Notes: generated by a model not told the origin, from the letters alone. A stretch of 64,000 bases of DNA from Nitrospirota bacterium (GCA_963699545.1 CAVOUE010000005.1:1-64000); one strand, 5' to 3'; counted from the stretch's first letter, positions 48,795-59,143 are shown. Translations and numbers: made by a program.

Positions 48795-50765
48795 ATGAAC
48801 AGGCTCTCAAAGGAAAAGGCTGCCTACCTGAAACACTCTGCATCTCAGCGGATCGACTGGTATCCCTGGTGCGAAGAGGCATTCCAGAGGGCACGGACAG
48901 AGGATAAACCCGTGTTCCTGAGCTCAGGGGCGATATGGTGCCACTGGTGTCACGTGATGGCGAAGGAATGCTTCGAGGACGACGAAGTAGTAAGGCTTCT
49001 CAACGAGAAATGCATCAATATTAAGCTGGACAGGGACGAAAGGCCTGATATCGACCGTGTTTACCAACAAGCGGTGTCAGCCATGGGCTCCAGCGGCGGC
49101 TGGCCTCTCAGCGTATTCCTCACCCCCGATAAAAAACCCTTTTTCGGCGGCACGTATTTCCCTCCTGAGGACACCCAGGGGAGGCCTGGATTCAAGAAGG
49201 TGGTGAGAACAGTGGTGGACTATTACCATTCAAACGGAGACGAGATATCCGGGTATGTCACAAAGCTCATGGATTTTCTGAAGCCCCAGCACCCTTTGCC
49301 CGCAACGATCAGGGAATCCTTCATCGAAGATGCGGTGACTGCTATCCTTTCCGAATTCGATCCTCAGAACTGCGGCTTCGGGACCTCACCAAAATTCCCC
49401 ATGCCGGGGGCGATGGAATTCCTTATAGGGAGATATTTTATCGCCAGAGATGAATCTGTCGGTCTTACCATAAGAAAGACCCTGGAGTCCATGGCTAGGG
49501 GAGGATTCCACGACCATCTGGGAGGCGGCTTCCACCGGTACTCGGTGGATGAGTCGTGGATTATCCCTCACTTCGAAAAAATGGCGGATGACAACGCATG
49601 GTTACTGAGGAATTATATCGATGCATATTGTCTGTTCAAGGATGACTTCTTCAGGGATACTGCGGAAGGTATACTTCGATTTGTTCATGACGTGCTTTCT
49701 GATCCCGAAGGCGGGTATTATGCGAGCCAGGATGCTGATGTCACTCCCGATGACGAAGGGGGCTATTTCACATGGACCCGGGATGACTTCAAAAGGGCCC
49801 TCAACAGTGAGGAGCACAGGATACTCTCCCTGCATCTCTTCCATGAGAGGGGCTCCATGCACCATGACAGCTCAAAGAGGGTGTTGTTCATGGCAACGGA
49901 CCCGGCGGAGATCGCCCGGGACCTGGGCATGGAGGCAAGAACCGTTCGTGAAATCATCTCCTCCGGCAAGAAAAAGCTGCTCGCGGAGAGACGAAAGCGG
50001 GAGTTTCCTCTCATTGACAGGACACTTTACACATCCCTCAACGGGCTGTTCATCACATCGTATCTGAAGGCTTACAGGGCGCTGAAGATGAAGCCCCTCA
50101 GAGAGTTCGCCCTGAAGAGTCTCAGCAGGATAATGGACATCCATTACAGAGGCGGCGCGCTCTTCCATACAAAGGGCGTGAAGGCGTTCCTGGATGATTA
50201 TATGGAGATCATTGATGCCCATTTAGCCGCCTATGAAATAACCGGCGAGGAGAAGTACCGCGCCTCTGCCGAGGCACTGATGGAGCGGTGTATCGGAAAT
50301 TTCTGGGACAGGGAAGGGGGCGGATTCTTTGAAACAGAGGATGAGATCGTCGGGATGCGGCTTAAAGGGATCGAAGACATCCCGCACCCATCGCCAAATG
50401 CCCTCGGCATAGCGAACCTGACGAGACTTTACTCCATGACAGATAAGGATGGCTATCGTCGCCGTGCGGAAGAGGCTTTGGCGTCATTCTCCTTGAGGGC
50501 AAAGGACATGGGTATTCATTCAGGATATTACGCCCGGGCACTGCATGTTTTTTATCATATGATAAAACTCGGCGTACAAGCGTCGCCGCAAAGCAGTTTC
50601 GCGGATGCCGCACTGTCGACCTTCAATCCTTTTGTCACAATTACGTATGGTTTGGACAGAGGGTATGTCACTCCCTGTAAAGGAGGTTCCTGTCATGAAG
50701 CCCTTTACTCCGCCGAGAGTCTCAGGGAATTTCTCACAGAGACCGCGCGTCATTGGAGGCCTTAG
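48795..50765 (+). CDS. YyaL/SPATA20-like thioredoxin domain protein (DUF255)
   Basis: MNRL..E...YL..H, WCHWCHVM, DRDERPDID, GGWPL, HRYSVD..W.IPHFEKM. Confidence 0.92.
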   Translation: MNRLSKEKAAYLKHSASQRIDWYPWCEEAFQRARTEDKPVFLSSGAIWCHWCHVMAKECFEDDEVVRLLNEKCINIKLDRDERPDIDRVYQQAVSAMGSSGGWPLSVFLTPDKKPFFGGTYFPPEDTQGRPGFKKVVRTVVDYYHSNGDEISGYVTKLMDFLKPQHPLPATIRESFIEDAVTAILSEFDPQNCGFGTSPKFPMPGAMEFLIGRYFIARDESVGLTIRKTLESMARGGFHDHLGGGFHRYSVDESWIIPHFEKMADDNAWLLRNYIDAYCLFKDDFFRDTAEGILRFVHDVLSDPEGGYYASQDADVTPDDEGGYFTWTRDDFKRALNSEEHRILSLHLFHERGSMHHDSSKRVLFMATDPAEIARDLGMEARTVREIISSGKKKLLAERRKREFPLIDRTLYTSLNGLFITSYLKAYRALKMKPLREFALKSLSRIMDIHYRGGALFHTKGVKAFLDDYMEIIDAHLAAYEITGEEKYRASAEALMERCIGNFWDREGGGFFETEDEIVGMRLKGIEDIPHPSPNALGIANLTRLYSMTDKDGYRRRAEEALASFSLRAKDMGIHSGYYARALHVFYHMIKLGVQASPQSSFADAALSTFNPFVTITYGLDRGYVTPCKGGSCHEALYSAESLREFLTETARHWRP

Positions 50766-50925
50766 GGACTCCCTGACAGTGAGATGACGCCGCGACATCT
50801 CCGGCAAGGTCGCTGAACCAAAATCGCCGCGGTTCGTATCGGTCTTGACAATGTTTCGAAATGGGGTAAGCTAAAATAAAGTGTTGCGGAATAATTGACA
50901 TTGCGAGCAAAAGGAGGAAAAGGAA

Positions 50926-51504
50926 ATGCCGTACGCTGCGAAGGATTATGCCAGGCTTATCGGAATGGAGGGATTCAGCGAAACCCTCCTGAAGAACCAC
51001 TTCACCCTTTATCAGGGTTATGTGACGAACACGAACAAAGTGATGGATCTGCTGGATCAGATGCTGAAAGACGGAAAGACCGCTACGCCGGAATTCGCCG
51101 AACTCAAGAGGAGGCTGGGCTGGGAATTTAACGGAATGAGGCTCCATGAATATTATTTCGAAAACCTCGGCGGAAAAGGCGGGATCAACAAGGACGGAAA
51201 GCTTGCGAAAAAGATGGCGTCTGACTTCGGGAGCTACGAGGCATGGGAAAAGGACTTCAAGGGGACAGGAACCATGAGGGGCATCGGGTGGGTCGTTCTT
51301 TACCAGGACAGCGCCAATGGCAGACTCATCAACTTCTGGGTAAATGAACACGATGTCTCGCATCCTGCGGGATGTAATCCCGTCCTCATCATGGATGTGT
51401 TTGAGCATGCCTTCATGCTCGATTACGGACTGAAAAGAGCAGACTACATAGAGGCATTCTTTAAGAACATCGAGGGAAAGGCGGCAGAGGCAAGACTGAG
51501 GTGA
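50926..51504 (+). CDS. Fe/Mn superoxide dismutase (ChrC-like short form)
   Basis: H..LYQGYV, LHEYYFENL, GIGW, MDVFEHAF. Confidence 0.92.
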   Translation: MPYAAKDYARLIGMEGFSETLLKNHFTLYQGYVTNTNKVMDLLDQMLKDGKTATPEFAELKRRLGWEFNGMRLHEYYFENLGGKGGINKDGKLAKKMASDFGSYEAWEKDFKGTGTMRGIGWVVLYQDSANGRLINFWVNEHDVSHPAGCNPVLIMDVFEHAFMLDYGLKRADYIEAFFKNIEGKAAEARLR

Positions 51505-51584
51505 CCAGCGGTATGTGGTCAGAAGTTCCGTCAACATGAGGGAACTACCAGGGGCCGTCTTGCCCTTTGGCTGATCTCAAGGTC

Positions 51585-51620
51585 AGAAACCCCTCCTGTT
51601 CCGGAGGGGTTTCTTTTTAA
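51585..51620 (+). terminator. Rho-independent terminator
   Basis: AGAAACCCCTCC...GGAGGGGTTTCT plus T run. Confidence 0.8.
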
Positions 51621-51675
51621 AGCGCTCTTCCTCGCGCTATAATAGCGGGTGGAGAAAGGGAAAAGGAGGGAAACC

Positions 51676-51873
51676 GTGTTCAAGGTAAAAACGTTCGGCA
51701 GCGAGATACGACCGCTCAAAACAATGCATGAACTTGCGGATCTCGATGAAATGGTGAATAGGTTCATATCTGAAAACGCTGTAAGAAAGGTGGTCTCTGT
51801 TTCCGACGTGGCGACGACGGATGATACAGGGGAGACGATCGGAATTATCAGGGTCCTCTGCTATGAGTCGTGA
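51676..51873 (+). CDS. Small hypothetical protein
   Basis: AAGGAGG RBS, GTG start; 65 aa. Confidence 0.7.
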   Translation: MFKVKTFGSEIRPLKTMHELADLDEMVNRFISENAVRKVVSVSDVATTDDTGETIGIIRVLCYES

Positions 51874-51892
51874 GGATGTGCACTGAGGAGAG

Positions 51893-52681
51893 ATGAAGCT
51901 TAAAGGACGCGTTGCGATCATAACAGGGGCGGGCAGGGGCCTGGGGAGGGCTGCCGCCATGGCTATGGCAAGGGAAGGAGCCGTGGTGGTCGTCATGAGC
52001 CGGACGTTGTCGGAGATCAGAGAGACGGAACGGCTGATCAAGGCGGGCGGCGGGAAGGTCGTTGCATTGAAAGGCGATGTTTCCAAGAGCAAGGACATCC
52101 ATAAAGTTGTTGAGAGGGCGCTCTCGATCTTTGACCGCATTGACATCCTTATGAATAACGCTGCGATCATCGGCCCTGTGAAACCTCTCTGCGATATCAG
52201 GGAAAACGAGTGGAATAAGGTCTTCGGGATAAACCTCAGGGGAGCATTGCTCTTTGCAAGGGCAGTGATTCCTCACATGAGACAACAGCGGAGAGGGAAG
52301 ATTATCAACGTGACGTCCGGACTCGGAGAGATGACCATGCCCCTCCTCGGGGCGTATTCGGTGACGAAGGCAGGACTGATCCATCTCACCAGGATCCTGT
52401 CCGAGGAACTGAAGGATCACAATATCCCTGTGAATGGACTGGACCCGGGTGTGATGGACACGCGGATGCAGGACGAGGTAAGGAACATGGGACCGAGGAT
52501 CCTAGGCCATAAGATATACAATGAATTTACAGAAATGAAAAGGAGGGGACTGCTCACACCCCCTGAAAGGATCGCATCCCTTGCGGTATTTCTTGCCTCA
52601 GGAGAGGCGAACCACATCAGTGGCGAAAACGGCACCGAAGCTGATTACATGCGTTTCGGATACAAGGCTGCAAAGGCCTAG
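51893..52681 (+). CDS. Short-chain dehydrogenase/reductase
   Basis: TGAGRGLG, NNAA, YSVTK. Confidence 0.93.
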   Translation: MKLKGRVAIITGAGRGLGRAAAMAMAREGAVVVVMSRTLSEIRETERLIKAGGGKVVALKGDVSKSKDIHKVVERALSIFDRIDILMNNAAIIGPVKPLCDIRENEWNKVFGINLRGALLFARAVIPHMRQQRRGKIINVTSGLGEMTMPLLGAYSVTKAGLIHLTRILSEELKDHNIPVNGLDPGVMDTRMQDEVRNMGPRILGHKIYNEFTEMKRRGLLTPPERIASLAVFLASGEANHISGENGTEADYMRFGYKAAKA

Positions 52682-52717
52682 AGCGCTGGTTCACAGGGAA
52701 CGGTGCGCTGCTTACTT

Positions 52718-53350
52718 CTATATGTTCCTCGAAGGGCAGATGTCGAAAAGGACGCATTCCCCGTGGTGAGGTTTTTTTGCCTGGCATATCTCTCTGCCGT
52801 GAAATATTAACAGATGGGAGAAGGTTCCCCAGTCCTTCCTGGGGACCATGGGCATCAGGTCCTGTTCGATCTTCACCGGGTCCTCGTTCTTTGTAAGGCC
52901 GAGCCTGTAAGCCACGCGCTTTACATGGGTATCCACAGCAATGCCTTCATTTATTCCATAAGCACCCGAAAGCACGATATTGGCAGTTTTGCGGGCAACC
53001 CCGGGAAGGCTTATGAGCTCTTCCATGGTTCTCGGGACCTTTCCGTTGAATTTGGTAACGATCGTCTTTGCCGATTCCTGGATGTTCCTTGTTTTTGTTT
53101 TGTAAAAATTTATCGAGCGGATGTCGTTCTGAAGCGTTTCCAGGTCGGAGTTCGTGTAATCCTTTAAGGACGTATATTTCTTAAAAAGCCCCTCCGTCAC
53201 GCGGTTCACGTGCACGTCCGTGGTCTGTGCCGAAAGAATCGTTGCAACGAGCAGTTCGAAGGGCGTTCTGAAATGAAGAGCTGTCTTGGGTTCCGCGTAC
53301 TCCTTCTTTAATCGTCGTATCACTTCCTCCACTCTTTGCTGAACATTCAT
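52718..53350 (-). CDS. nth: Endonuclease III
   Basis: LLVATILSAQTTD, LPGVARKTAN, VDTHV, C-terminal Fe-S Cys motif (one Cys replaced by His). Confidence 0.95.
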   Translation of the reverse strand: MNVQQRVEEVIRRLKKEYAEPKTALHFRTPFELLVATILSAQTTDVHVNRVTEGLFKKYTSLKDYTNSDLETLQNDIRSINFYKTKTRNIQESAKTIVTKFNGKVPRTMEELISLPGVARKTANIVLSGAYGINEGIAVDTHVKRVAYRLGLTKNEDPVKIEQDLMPMVPRKDWGTFSHLLIFHGREICQAKKPHHGECVLFDICPSRNI

Positions 53351-53556
53351 AGCTGTTTCCTCCAAAAAGGTTTTGTTGATATTGATTTCTTTACTCTCAT
53401 AGTACCTCGGGGAAAAAACCAAATCAACTGTATGGTGCGTGGGCATGCCGTCACTGATCCCGGGGCAGCTCATTGACATGATACGTGGAATAGTCAATAA
53501 TACAGCAGATTCTCTTTGTAAGAAGCCAAATTACTATGAATGCAGGATATTTTTGT

Positions 53557-53823
53557 ATGAAAAACCGAAAGAGCATAACAGGTATCCTCTTACTGCTTGT
53601 TTTACTGTCTATGGTGGTAGTAGCATTTCATCACCACGATGACGATACCGCCCATCATGACTGTCCTCTCTGTATAGCCGGTCATCATTTTTCACCGGCA
53701 AGCCTCAGCAGCTTCTCATTGGTGATCTGCCAAACCGTCTCCACGATAGAACTATCCCAAGAGTCTTTCCTTTGCGACTTCAGCCGTTCCCGTCTGCTGC
53801 CTTCCCGGGCTCCTCCCGCGTAA
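53557..53823 (+). CDS. DUF2946/CruR-like leader protein (His-rich, CxxC, C-terminal RAPP)
   Basis: Signal/TM segment, HHHDDDTAHHDCPLC, ends SRAPPA; heads the metal uptake operon. Confidence 0.8.
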   Translation: MKNRKSITGILLLLVLLSMVVVAFHHHDDDTAHHDCPLCIAGHHFSPASLSSFSLVICQTVSTIELSQESFLCDFSRSRLLPSRAPPA

Positions 53824-53913
53824 GTTCTTCCAGGACAACGCTCAATTGACACGCGTCATGGTCGAGCATCTTGCGCGCGTATTCTGTCGGAAGGACCAAA
53901 AGGAGGAGTTTTC

Positions 53914-55374
53914 ATGAGGATCATGATCACGTTCATCATGCTATTTACGTCATTATTGTTTTCAACGGGTGTATTTGCTGAAACTCCGGAAGATCGAATG
54001 ACTGCCATAGAGGAAACCCTCAAGCAGCAGCAGCAGACGATCCAGGAACTGAAAGCACTTCAGAACGCACTAAGAAAACAGGAACAAACTATTGCTGAGC
54101 AACGAAAGCTGATTGAAGAATTGCAGGCCGAACTCAAACAAAAACAGCCCTCTGCCCAGCCAAAGGGCCCCGCCATCGCCGCGCCTGTTGCGGCCGAACA
54201 GATGCAACAGCAGGTGCAGGAGTTGAATGAGAAGGTCGATCAGGTAGTCGAAGCGCAGAAGAAGACCGTCCCGAGCGTGTTCAATCCATCCATTGGGCTC
54301 GTGGGCGAGACAATCTTCTCCTATCGCAGCAAGGGATCGTCGCAGACGGGCAGCGACCGGCCCGGCGGGTTTGACGCGTTCCAGCGTTCGGTTGAACTGG
54401 ACGCAGCCGCGTCTGTAGATCCGTTTGCCAAGGCTTATGTGGTGGCCAACGCATCGGTCGATGCCCGCACCGGCGAAGCGACGTTTGGCATCGAAGAAGC
54501 AGCTATCCAGACAGAGTCGCTGCCCTGGAATCTGACTGTGAAGGCGGGCCGGTTCTTTGGCGAGTTCGGACGGCTGTCATATATTCATGATCATGAGCTG
54601 CCTTTCGTGAATCGTCCTCTCGTGCTCGACCAATACATCGGCGGCGAATCGAGGACTGATGGGGTGCAGGTCAACTGGTTGCTGCCGATCCCGCACTACG
54701 TAAGCCTAACGCTTGGCCTAGGCAACCAGTTTGGCGGAGACATGCCTCCAAACAACGTTGGCGAAATCCGCCACTTGAGCGGGTGGAACTACTGGGGCCG
54801 CTTGTCTTCGTATTTCGACCTGACACCCGATATCTCACTCGAACCCGGCGTATCGGGCCTGTGGAATCCAAATACGATTGACCACGGCGGTCCGCTTCTT
54901 CAACCGGATGGCAGCACCTTCACCGAACGCAAGCGCCGTCTGGTGGGAGCAGACCTGGCCTTGAGCTGGAAGCCGCTCCGCAACAATCAGTTCCAGAGCC
55001 TTACCTGGGGCACTGAAGTCCTTCACAGCAATAACCGTTACGACATAACGGATCCCTCGGGCAGCGCCTTCTCCAGCCAGTCCGTGAGTTCCTGGGGCAT
55101 GTATTCATATCTCACTTACAAGTTTCACAGGCAGTGGTCAACCGGGTTCTTGTATGGCTTTGTGGAAGATTCCCAGAACAACAAAGCCAAGAGTTACGAG
55201 TACTCTCCATACATAACATGGGCCCTCAGTCACTGGAACCAACTGCGGCTTCAATATACCTATACCGACCGCAACGCCGTAGCCGTTGCATCCGGTCCGC
55301 GCCCCGATCATGCCGTTTACCTGCAATGGGCGTGGATCATCGGCTCGCACGCGCACGGGTGGCAGCAGCGATGA
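53914..55374 (+). CDS. Outer membrane beta-barrel protein with N-terminal coiled coil, metal-uptake associated
   Basis: FNPSIGL, ASVDPF, KAGRFFGEFG..H.HELPF, ends IGSHAHG; co-operonic with a cluster A-I ABC system. Confidence 0.8.
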   Translation: MRIMITFIMLFTSLLFSTGVFAETPEDRMTAIEETLKQQQQTIQELKALQNALRKQEQTIAEQRKLIEELQAELKQKQPSAQPKGPAIAAPVAAEQMQQQVQELNEKVDQVVEAQKKTVPSVFNPSIGLVGETIFSYRSKGSSQTGSDRPGGFDAFQRSVELDAAASVDPFAKAYVVANASVDARTGEATFGIEEAAIQTESLPWNLTVKAGRFFGEFGRLSYIHDHELPFVNRPLVLDQYIGGESRTDGVQVNWLLPIPHYVSLTLGLGNQFGGDMPPNNVGEIRHLSGWNYWGRLSSYFDLTPDISLEPGVSGLWNPNTIDHGGPLLQPDGSTFTERKRRLVGADLALSWKPLRNNQFQSLTWGTEVLHSNNRYDITDPSGSAFSSQSVSSWGMYSYLTYKFHRQWSTGFLYGFVEDSQNNKAKSYEYSPYITWALSHWNQLRLQYTYTDRNAVAVASGPRPDHAVYLQWAWIIGSHAHGWQQR

Positions 55375-55397
55375 ATATGGAAAGGAGGAATATCGAT

Positions 55398-56330
55398 ATG
55401 AAATTAAAACTGTTTTGTTTGTCCTCGGTAATCTTGCTCATCGGGGTATTTTGTATGGGCGTGATGCCGGCTCATGCGGCAAAGGTCCGTGTTGTCACAA
55501 CGCTCACCGACCTCGCGGACCTTGCACGCGCTGTGGGCGGAGACTTGGTCGAGGTCAGCAGTCTGGCCACCGGAGTCGAAGATACCCACGGGGTACCGAT
55601 GAAACCGAGCTTTGTTCCCATGATGAACCGGGCGGACCTGCTGATATCGATGGGGTTCGAAATGGAGCACGCCTTCCTGCCGGCGTTGATAGAAGCGAGC
55701 AAAAACCCACGCATTCAGGCAGGCAGGTCAGGGTACGTGGACTGCTCCAGAGGCATCTTCCCTCTCGATGTACCCAAGTCAACAGACCACTCCGCGGGCG
55801 ACGTTCATCCCTATGGCAACCCTCACTACATGCTCGATCCGGTATCGGCGAAGATCGCGATCGAGAATATCTACAACGCCCTCGTAACGTTCGCACCGCA
55901 GGACAAGGCGCAATTCACGCGTACCCGCGATGAGTATCTCTCAAAGCTCAACGCCAAGATAGCCGAATGGGAGAAAGAAGCCAGACCGCTCAAGGGCACG
56001 AAGTTCATATCCTACCACGAAGAGTGGAACTACTTTGCAGCGCGCTTCGGCTTGAACTACTTCGGTACAGTCGAACTGAGGCCGGGCATCGATCCGACAG
56101 CGCGGCACATCGAGGAACTCACCGCCGCTATGAAGGCCCAGCACGTGCCTATTGTCGTGCGCGAGCCTCAGTTCCCTGAGAAAGTGCCCAAACGCATCGC
56201 CGAACAAACCGGCGCGACCATGATAACGCTGCCCATCATGCCAGGCGGTGTTCCAAATACTGAAACATACATCAAGATGATGGACTACATCATTCACACG
56301 ATGGTTACCGCAGTGCAATCAAGGAAATAA
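55398..56330 (+). CDS. Zn/Mn ABC transporter substrate-binding protein (ZnuA/TroA family)
   Basis: VVTT..DLA, DTH, GDVHPYGNPHY.LDP, YHEEWNYF. Confidence 0.92.
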   Translation: MKLKLFCLSSVILLIGVFCMGVMPAHAAKVRVVTTLTDLADLARAVGGDLVEVSSLATGVEDTHGVPMKPSFVPMMNRADLLISMGFEMEHAFLPALIEASKNPRIQAGRSGYVDCSRGIFPLDVPKSTDHSAGDVHPYGNPHYMLDPVSAKIAIENIYNALVTFAPQDKAQFTRTRDEYLSKLNAKIAEWEKEARPLKGTKFISYHEEWNYFAARFGLNYFGTVELRPGIDPTARHIEELTAAMKAQHVPIVVREPQFPEKVPKRIAEQTGATMITLPIMPGGVPNTETYIKMMDYIIHTMVTAVQSRK

Positions 56331-56384
56331 AGACAAGGAGAACGTGTCCGCCTGAGAAATCGGGCGGGCACACACAAACAGACT

Positions 56385-57098
56385 ATGAAAGAAGCACTCA
56401 TCACACTGGACAACCTGAGTATCGGCTACAACAACCAGGCTGTGCTATCCGGCATTTCGCTCTCTATTGCCCGTGGCAGTTTCACCGCAATTCTCGGCGC
56501 AAACGGTTCGGGCAAGTCAACCCTGCTCAAGACTGTGCTTGGACTGGTTCCACCGGTGGGGGGCCGTATTGAAACCTTATCGGCAAGTGCGCCTCTCGTG
56601 TTCGGGTACGTGCCCCAATCGATTCAATTCGATTCGATTTATCTGCTGACAGCGTTCGAGGTTGCCCTGATGGGCGCATATGGACGTGTGCGCCCGGGCC
56701 GTTTTTTCCCTGCTGCCGAACGCGCCTTCACGCGCGAATGCCTGAGTGCGGCGGGCGCTGAGGGGTTTGCCCGTAAGCGCTTTGCCGAGCTTTCCGGCGG
56801 CCAGAAACAACGCGTGCTCATCGCCCGCGCCCTGACCACACGCCCCGATGTCCTTGTGCTGGACGAGCCCACTGCGGGCGTGGACCGTGATGCCACGCAT
56901 GCAGTGATGGAGTTCATTTCGCAGATCCGCAAGGAAAGGATGATCACGGTCCTGCTCGTAACGCACGATTTTGCGGCGGTGCGTCGGCACGCTGAACAAG
57001 TCATCTGGCTTCACGAGGGCACGGTGTTCCACGGTGCAGCACAGGAGCTGCTTCGGCCTGAACGGATGGCGGAAATGTTTAACACGGGGACCGACTGA
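56385..57098 (+). CDS. Zn/Mn ABC transporter ATPase
   Basis: GANGSGKST, GYVPQ, LSGGQKQRVLIARAL, LDEPTAGVD. Confidence 0.93.
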   Translation: MKEALITLDNLSIGYNNQAVLSGISLSIARGSFTAILGANGSGKSTLLKTVLGLVPPVGGRIETLSASAPLVFGYVPQSIQFDSIYLLTAFEVALMGAYGRVRPGRFFPAAERAFTRECLSAAGAEGFARKRFAELSGGQKQRVLIARALTTRPDVLVLDEPTAGVDRDATHAVMEFISQIRKERMITVLLVTHDFAAVRRHAEQVIWLHEGTVFHGAAQELLRPERMAEMFNTGTD

Positions 57099-57099
57099 C

Positions 57100-57978
57100 A
57101 TGGAAACGCTTCGTCAGATCCTTTCCCCGGAGTTTCTCCTGCGCAACTCCATTTACACGAGCGTGCTCATCGGCTTCGCTTGCCCGCTTGTCGGTGTGTT
57201 CCTCGTGATGCGCCGACTGGTGTTCATGGGCGTGGCACTGCCCCAGATTTCGTCGACCGGCGTCGCTATTGCACTCTCGCTTCCCTTGTGGCTCGGATTC
57301 AATCTGGCTAGTCACGGCTCACAGAGCGCCCACGCGCTTGCCTTTGCCGGATCTATCACCTTCTCGCTGGTCGCGATCCTGGTACTGGGGTTTCTGGAAC
57401 GAGCCGGACGAGGACAGCCTGAAGGTCGACTCGGCACTGCGTATGTTGTGGCGGCCGCATTGAGCATGTTATTGCTGTCAAAAAACCCTTATGGAGAGAT
57501 CGGTTGGCTCGATATGTTAAAAGGGGAAGTCATAACCATCTCCAATTTCGATCTCGTACTGACCGCAGGAACGCTTGCGCTCGTCATCGCGGCTCTGGGG
57601 CTTTTCCACAAGGAGTTGCTCTTGGTATCGTTCGACCGCGAGATGGCAATTATCCTTCGCAAGAATGTCGTTTTCTGGGACATGTTGCTCTATTTGCTGA
57701 TGGGCCTGACTGTCTCGGTGGCGGTCCTCAGCGTCGGTCCTCTGATCGCGTTCGGCTTTTTGCTGATCCCTGCGCTGATGGCTCACCTGTTCGCGCACAA
57801 TATGCGCCAGTTCACGATGTTGGCCTCACTGCTCGGTGGTGCTGTCGCATTCTTCGGTTTCTGGATCGCTTACCAATATGACTTTCCGGTCGGCCCTACG
57901 GACGTCGTCCTCCTGGGCGTGCTTTATGCTCTGGCCTGGATTGCAGCCAGGCTTCTTCCCGGAGGCTATCGACATTAG
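57100..57978 (+). CDS. Zn/Mn ABC transporter permease (ZnuB family)
   Basis: GVFLVMRR, SFDREMA, LLIPA, DFPVGPT. Confidence 0.9.
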   Translation: METLRQILSPEFLLRNSIYTSVLIGFACPLVGVFLVMRRLVFMGVALPQISSTGVAIALSLPLWLGFNLASHGSQSAHALAFAGSITFSLVAILVLGFLERAGRGQPEGRLGTAYVVAAALSMLLLSKNPYGEIGWLDMLKGEVITISNFDLVLTAGTLALVIAALGLFHKELLLVSFDREMAIILRKNVVFWDMLLYLLMGLTVSVAVLSVGPLIAFGFLLIPALMAHLFAHNMRQFTMLASLLGGAVAFFGFWIAYQYDFPVGPTDVVLLGVLYALAWIAARLLPGGYRH

Positions 57979-58064
57979 AAAGATAAGGCGCAATTCTTGC
58001 GCAGTGCTTGTTGCCATCAATAGGGCAGAGCTTAGATGGCCTACTTAATAATTATAGTTATATA

Positions 58065-58092
58065 TTGACAAACTTTGTTTTTCGCTTATACT
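58065..58092 (+). promoter_or_regulatory. Sigma70-like promoter directly before a probably leaderless ORF
   Basis: TTGACA-N16-TATACT; ATG 7 nt after the -10 box with no SD. Confidence 0.6.
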
Positions 58093-58098
58093 AAAAAC

Positions 58099-58386
58099 AT
58101 GAGATTGAGTATCTTATTCGTACTTCTTGCTCTTGTGATATCCCTTTCGTCACCTTTTACCGCGCATGTCCCGATCTCGCCGTCCGATCTGGCAAGTTAT
58201 CTTGTAACGCTTGACGTTTGTCATGCCTATGCTTCAAACATATCGACAAATGCAGTTGGAACCTGCCTTCATGAACCACCCTGTCAACTGGTAAAGCTGG
58301 CATGCACAGAGTTGGTTGATATTTCAGATTATCATTCCCGGCCCTATACCCTTTCTTTTCAGTTAGAGCGTCCTCCCAAAGCCTAA
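58099..58386 (+). CDS. Putative metal-responsive leader protein ending ERPPKA
   Basis: Signal/TM segment, LDVCH plus further Cys/His, C-terminal RPP; heads the copper gene cluster. Confidence 0.7.
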   Translation: MRLSILFVLLALVISLSSPFTAHVPISPSDLASYLVTLDVCHAYASNISTNAVGTCLHEPPCQLVKLACTELVDISDYHSRPYTLSFQLERPPKA

Positions 58387-58581
58387 CCGTACGTTCCGGA
58401 GTATTCGAGTCAAGGCTATACGGAGACGCAAGCGTTCTGTCTCGCTGTGAGGGGTCCTTTTCAAGCTCTTCCCCCCTTAGCCTTGACTCCACTTCGGAAT
58501 GATTGCCTCAACGCCCGGATTTTTTCCGGGGAGGGGTCTCCCTTAGGTGAGATACAGTTTGCATCAATGAGAGGTTGAAGG

Positions 58582-58977
58582 ATGAGAATAAACGGATGTG
58601 CATTGCTGATGGTGATCTTACTGTTGTCAGCAAGCATGGCTTATGCAAAATCATACGAGGTGAACAAGAAAGTGGGAGGGTACAATGTCATGATGAAGAT
58701 CGACAGGAACCCACCTGTTGCAGGCGACAATAACGTCAGTATAGAGGTCACGGACGCAGTAACTCACTGCGCTTGTAATGCAAACATAGGAATTGAATAT
58801 TCCAGACCGGCAATGCAGGGGAAGCCCGCGCAATACTATAAAGCTGAGACTCGTTTGAAGAGAGGCCGGCACACAGGAAAGATAACTTTAACTTTGCCTG
58901 GGGCCTGGAATATAGCAGTGAAGATAACAACGGGAGATAAGACCTGGACAACAAACTTTGTTGTCGATGTGGAGTAG
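58582..58977 (+). CDS. YtkA/FixH-like periplasmic protein
   Basis: Signal peptide, NPPVAGDN, YSRPAMQG, GAWNIAVKI. Confidence 0.8.
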   Translation: MRINGCALLMVILLLSASMAYAKSYEVNKKVGGYNVMMKIDRNPPVAGDNNVSIEVTDAVTHCACNANIGIEYSRPAMQGKPAQYYKAETRLKRGRHTGKITLTLPGAWNIAVKITTGDKTWTTNFVVDVE

Positions 58978-59143
58978 GAATATCTTAAAGAACAAGGCTC
59001 TTGCGGCACGAGAATAAGGCATCGCGATTGACAGAATGAGGATTGAGGGCTAAAGTGATAAAGGAGTCTTTCATATCATTTCCAGAAAGGAGGCAACGTT
59101 CGCGAAGTATGTTGCTTTCGAGAAAATAAGAGGAGGTATTGCT

